DNA of 64,000 nt from an uncultured Bacteroidales bacterium (GTDB lineage: Bacteria > Bacteroidota > Bacteroidia > Bacteroidales > FEN-979), in assembly GCA_903845055.1 (NCBI GenBank), contig CAIMWF010000072.1:4173-68172 (forward strand), in the 5' to 3' direction. Shown piece after piece: positions 63,782 to 64,000 of this stretch. The notes under the pieces were generated by a model. It was given only the letters and a program-made list of their open reading frames with translations, did no database searches and was not told where the DNA came from. Made by a program: the position numbers and the translations under genes. The first letter of the stretch is position 1. Each line of letters begins with the position of its first letter.

Positions 63782-64000
63782 ATGAAAAAAATCACCCTTT
63801 TCCTTGTATTGGTAACGTCACTTACCTTTGCATTCGGACAGAAGAATGTACTCCAGACTGCTTCTAATTATCTAAAAGACGGGAAATTAGATAAATCGCT
63901 GGAAGCCATTAACCAGTGTATTCTGGATCCAAGTACCGCACAGGACACCAAGGCATGGTTTATCAGGGGAAATGTTTACCTCGAAATAGCCAACTCGAAG
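63782..64000 (+). CDS. Partial CDS (5' part only): secreted TPR-like protein, truncated by the window end
   Basis: The ATG at 63782 opens a frame that stays open to the window end. My translation is 'MKKITLFLVLVTSLTFAFGQKNVLQTASNYLKDGKLDKSLEAI...', which contains a signal peptide. A TAnnTTTG box sits 45 nt upstream. This ORF is not in the track. Confidence 0.5.
   Translation, partial: MKKITLFLVLVTSLTFAFGQKNVLQTASNYLKDGKLDKSLEAINQCILDPSTAQDTKAWFIRGNVYLEIANSK

Noticed and set aside
1-64000. A search for CRISPR arrays, transposases, integrases, toxin-antitoxin pairs, restriction-modification genes, or other defence or mobile islands.
   Set aside because: I saw no regularly spaced direct repeats. 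Apart from the small four-helix-bundle gene, no ORF has nuclease, recombinase or RT hallmarks. Gene content is housekeeping and composition looks uniform by eye. Computed k-mer and GC profiles would be needed to be certain.

Overview
This window looks like about 64 kb of core chromosome from a member of the phylum Bacteroidota. Four things support that placement:
- Two peptidases carry T9SS C-terminal sorting domains.
- The block bamD-rpoZ-coaBC-DUF4835(porD)-recN is present.
- TAnnTTTG '-7' promoter boxes sit 10-90 nt upstream of many starts.
- Shine-Dalgarno sequences are mostly absent.

I count about 50 protein-coding genes, tightly packed. By eye there is no rRNA, tRNA, CRISPR array, transposase, integrase or phage gene.

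The ORF track translates TTG/GTG/CTG starts as M and always takes the longest ORF. I shortened several 5' ends where homology, an overlap with a neighbour or a promoter box argued for it.

Main blocks:
- 219-9248: alpha-glucan (glycogen) cluster. It encodes a debranching enzyme, a GT4-like synthase, a GH57 enzyme, and a 1416-aa fusion of GT3 glycogen synthase with GT35 phosphorylase.
- 9387-17665: fabG, a VWA membrane protein, an ABC-2 exporter, then the minus-strand run dnaA, LMW-PTP, PLP dehydratase, methyltransferase.
- 17666-18058: a 393-nt AT-rich gap upstream of dnaA.
- 23424-27417: serC-serA-(four-helix-bundle gene)-DUF1015.
- Scattered housekeeping genes: L31, lon, dapA, clpC and gyrA.
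- 33943-37618: tandem M1 peptidases, with an M14 carboxypeptidase further on.
- 50933-57523: fabI, etfBA, a split membrane Fe-S/CCG oxidoreductase and a long acyl-CoA dehydrogenase.

I see no convincing novel defence or mobile system; this is mostly ordinary housekeeping DNA. The items most worth a second look are:
- the synthase-phosphorylase fusion;
- the histone-H1-like tail on the GH57 enzyme;
- an Avd-like four-helix-bundle gene followed by an AATCGTA heptamer inverted repeat, apparently inserted in the serine operon, with a second heptamer array elsewhere;
- the ETF-linked split Fe-S/CCG membrane oxidoreductase;
- an alpha-oxoamine synthase in an operon with an unknown polytopic membrane protein.

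All functional calls rest on motif and family recognition by eye. No searches were run.
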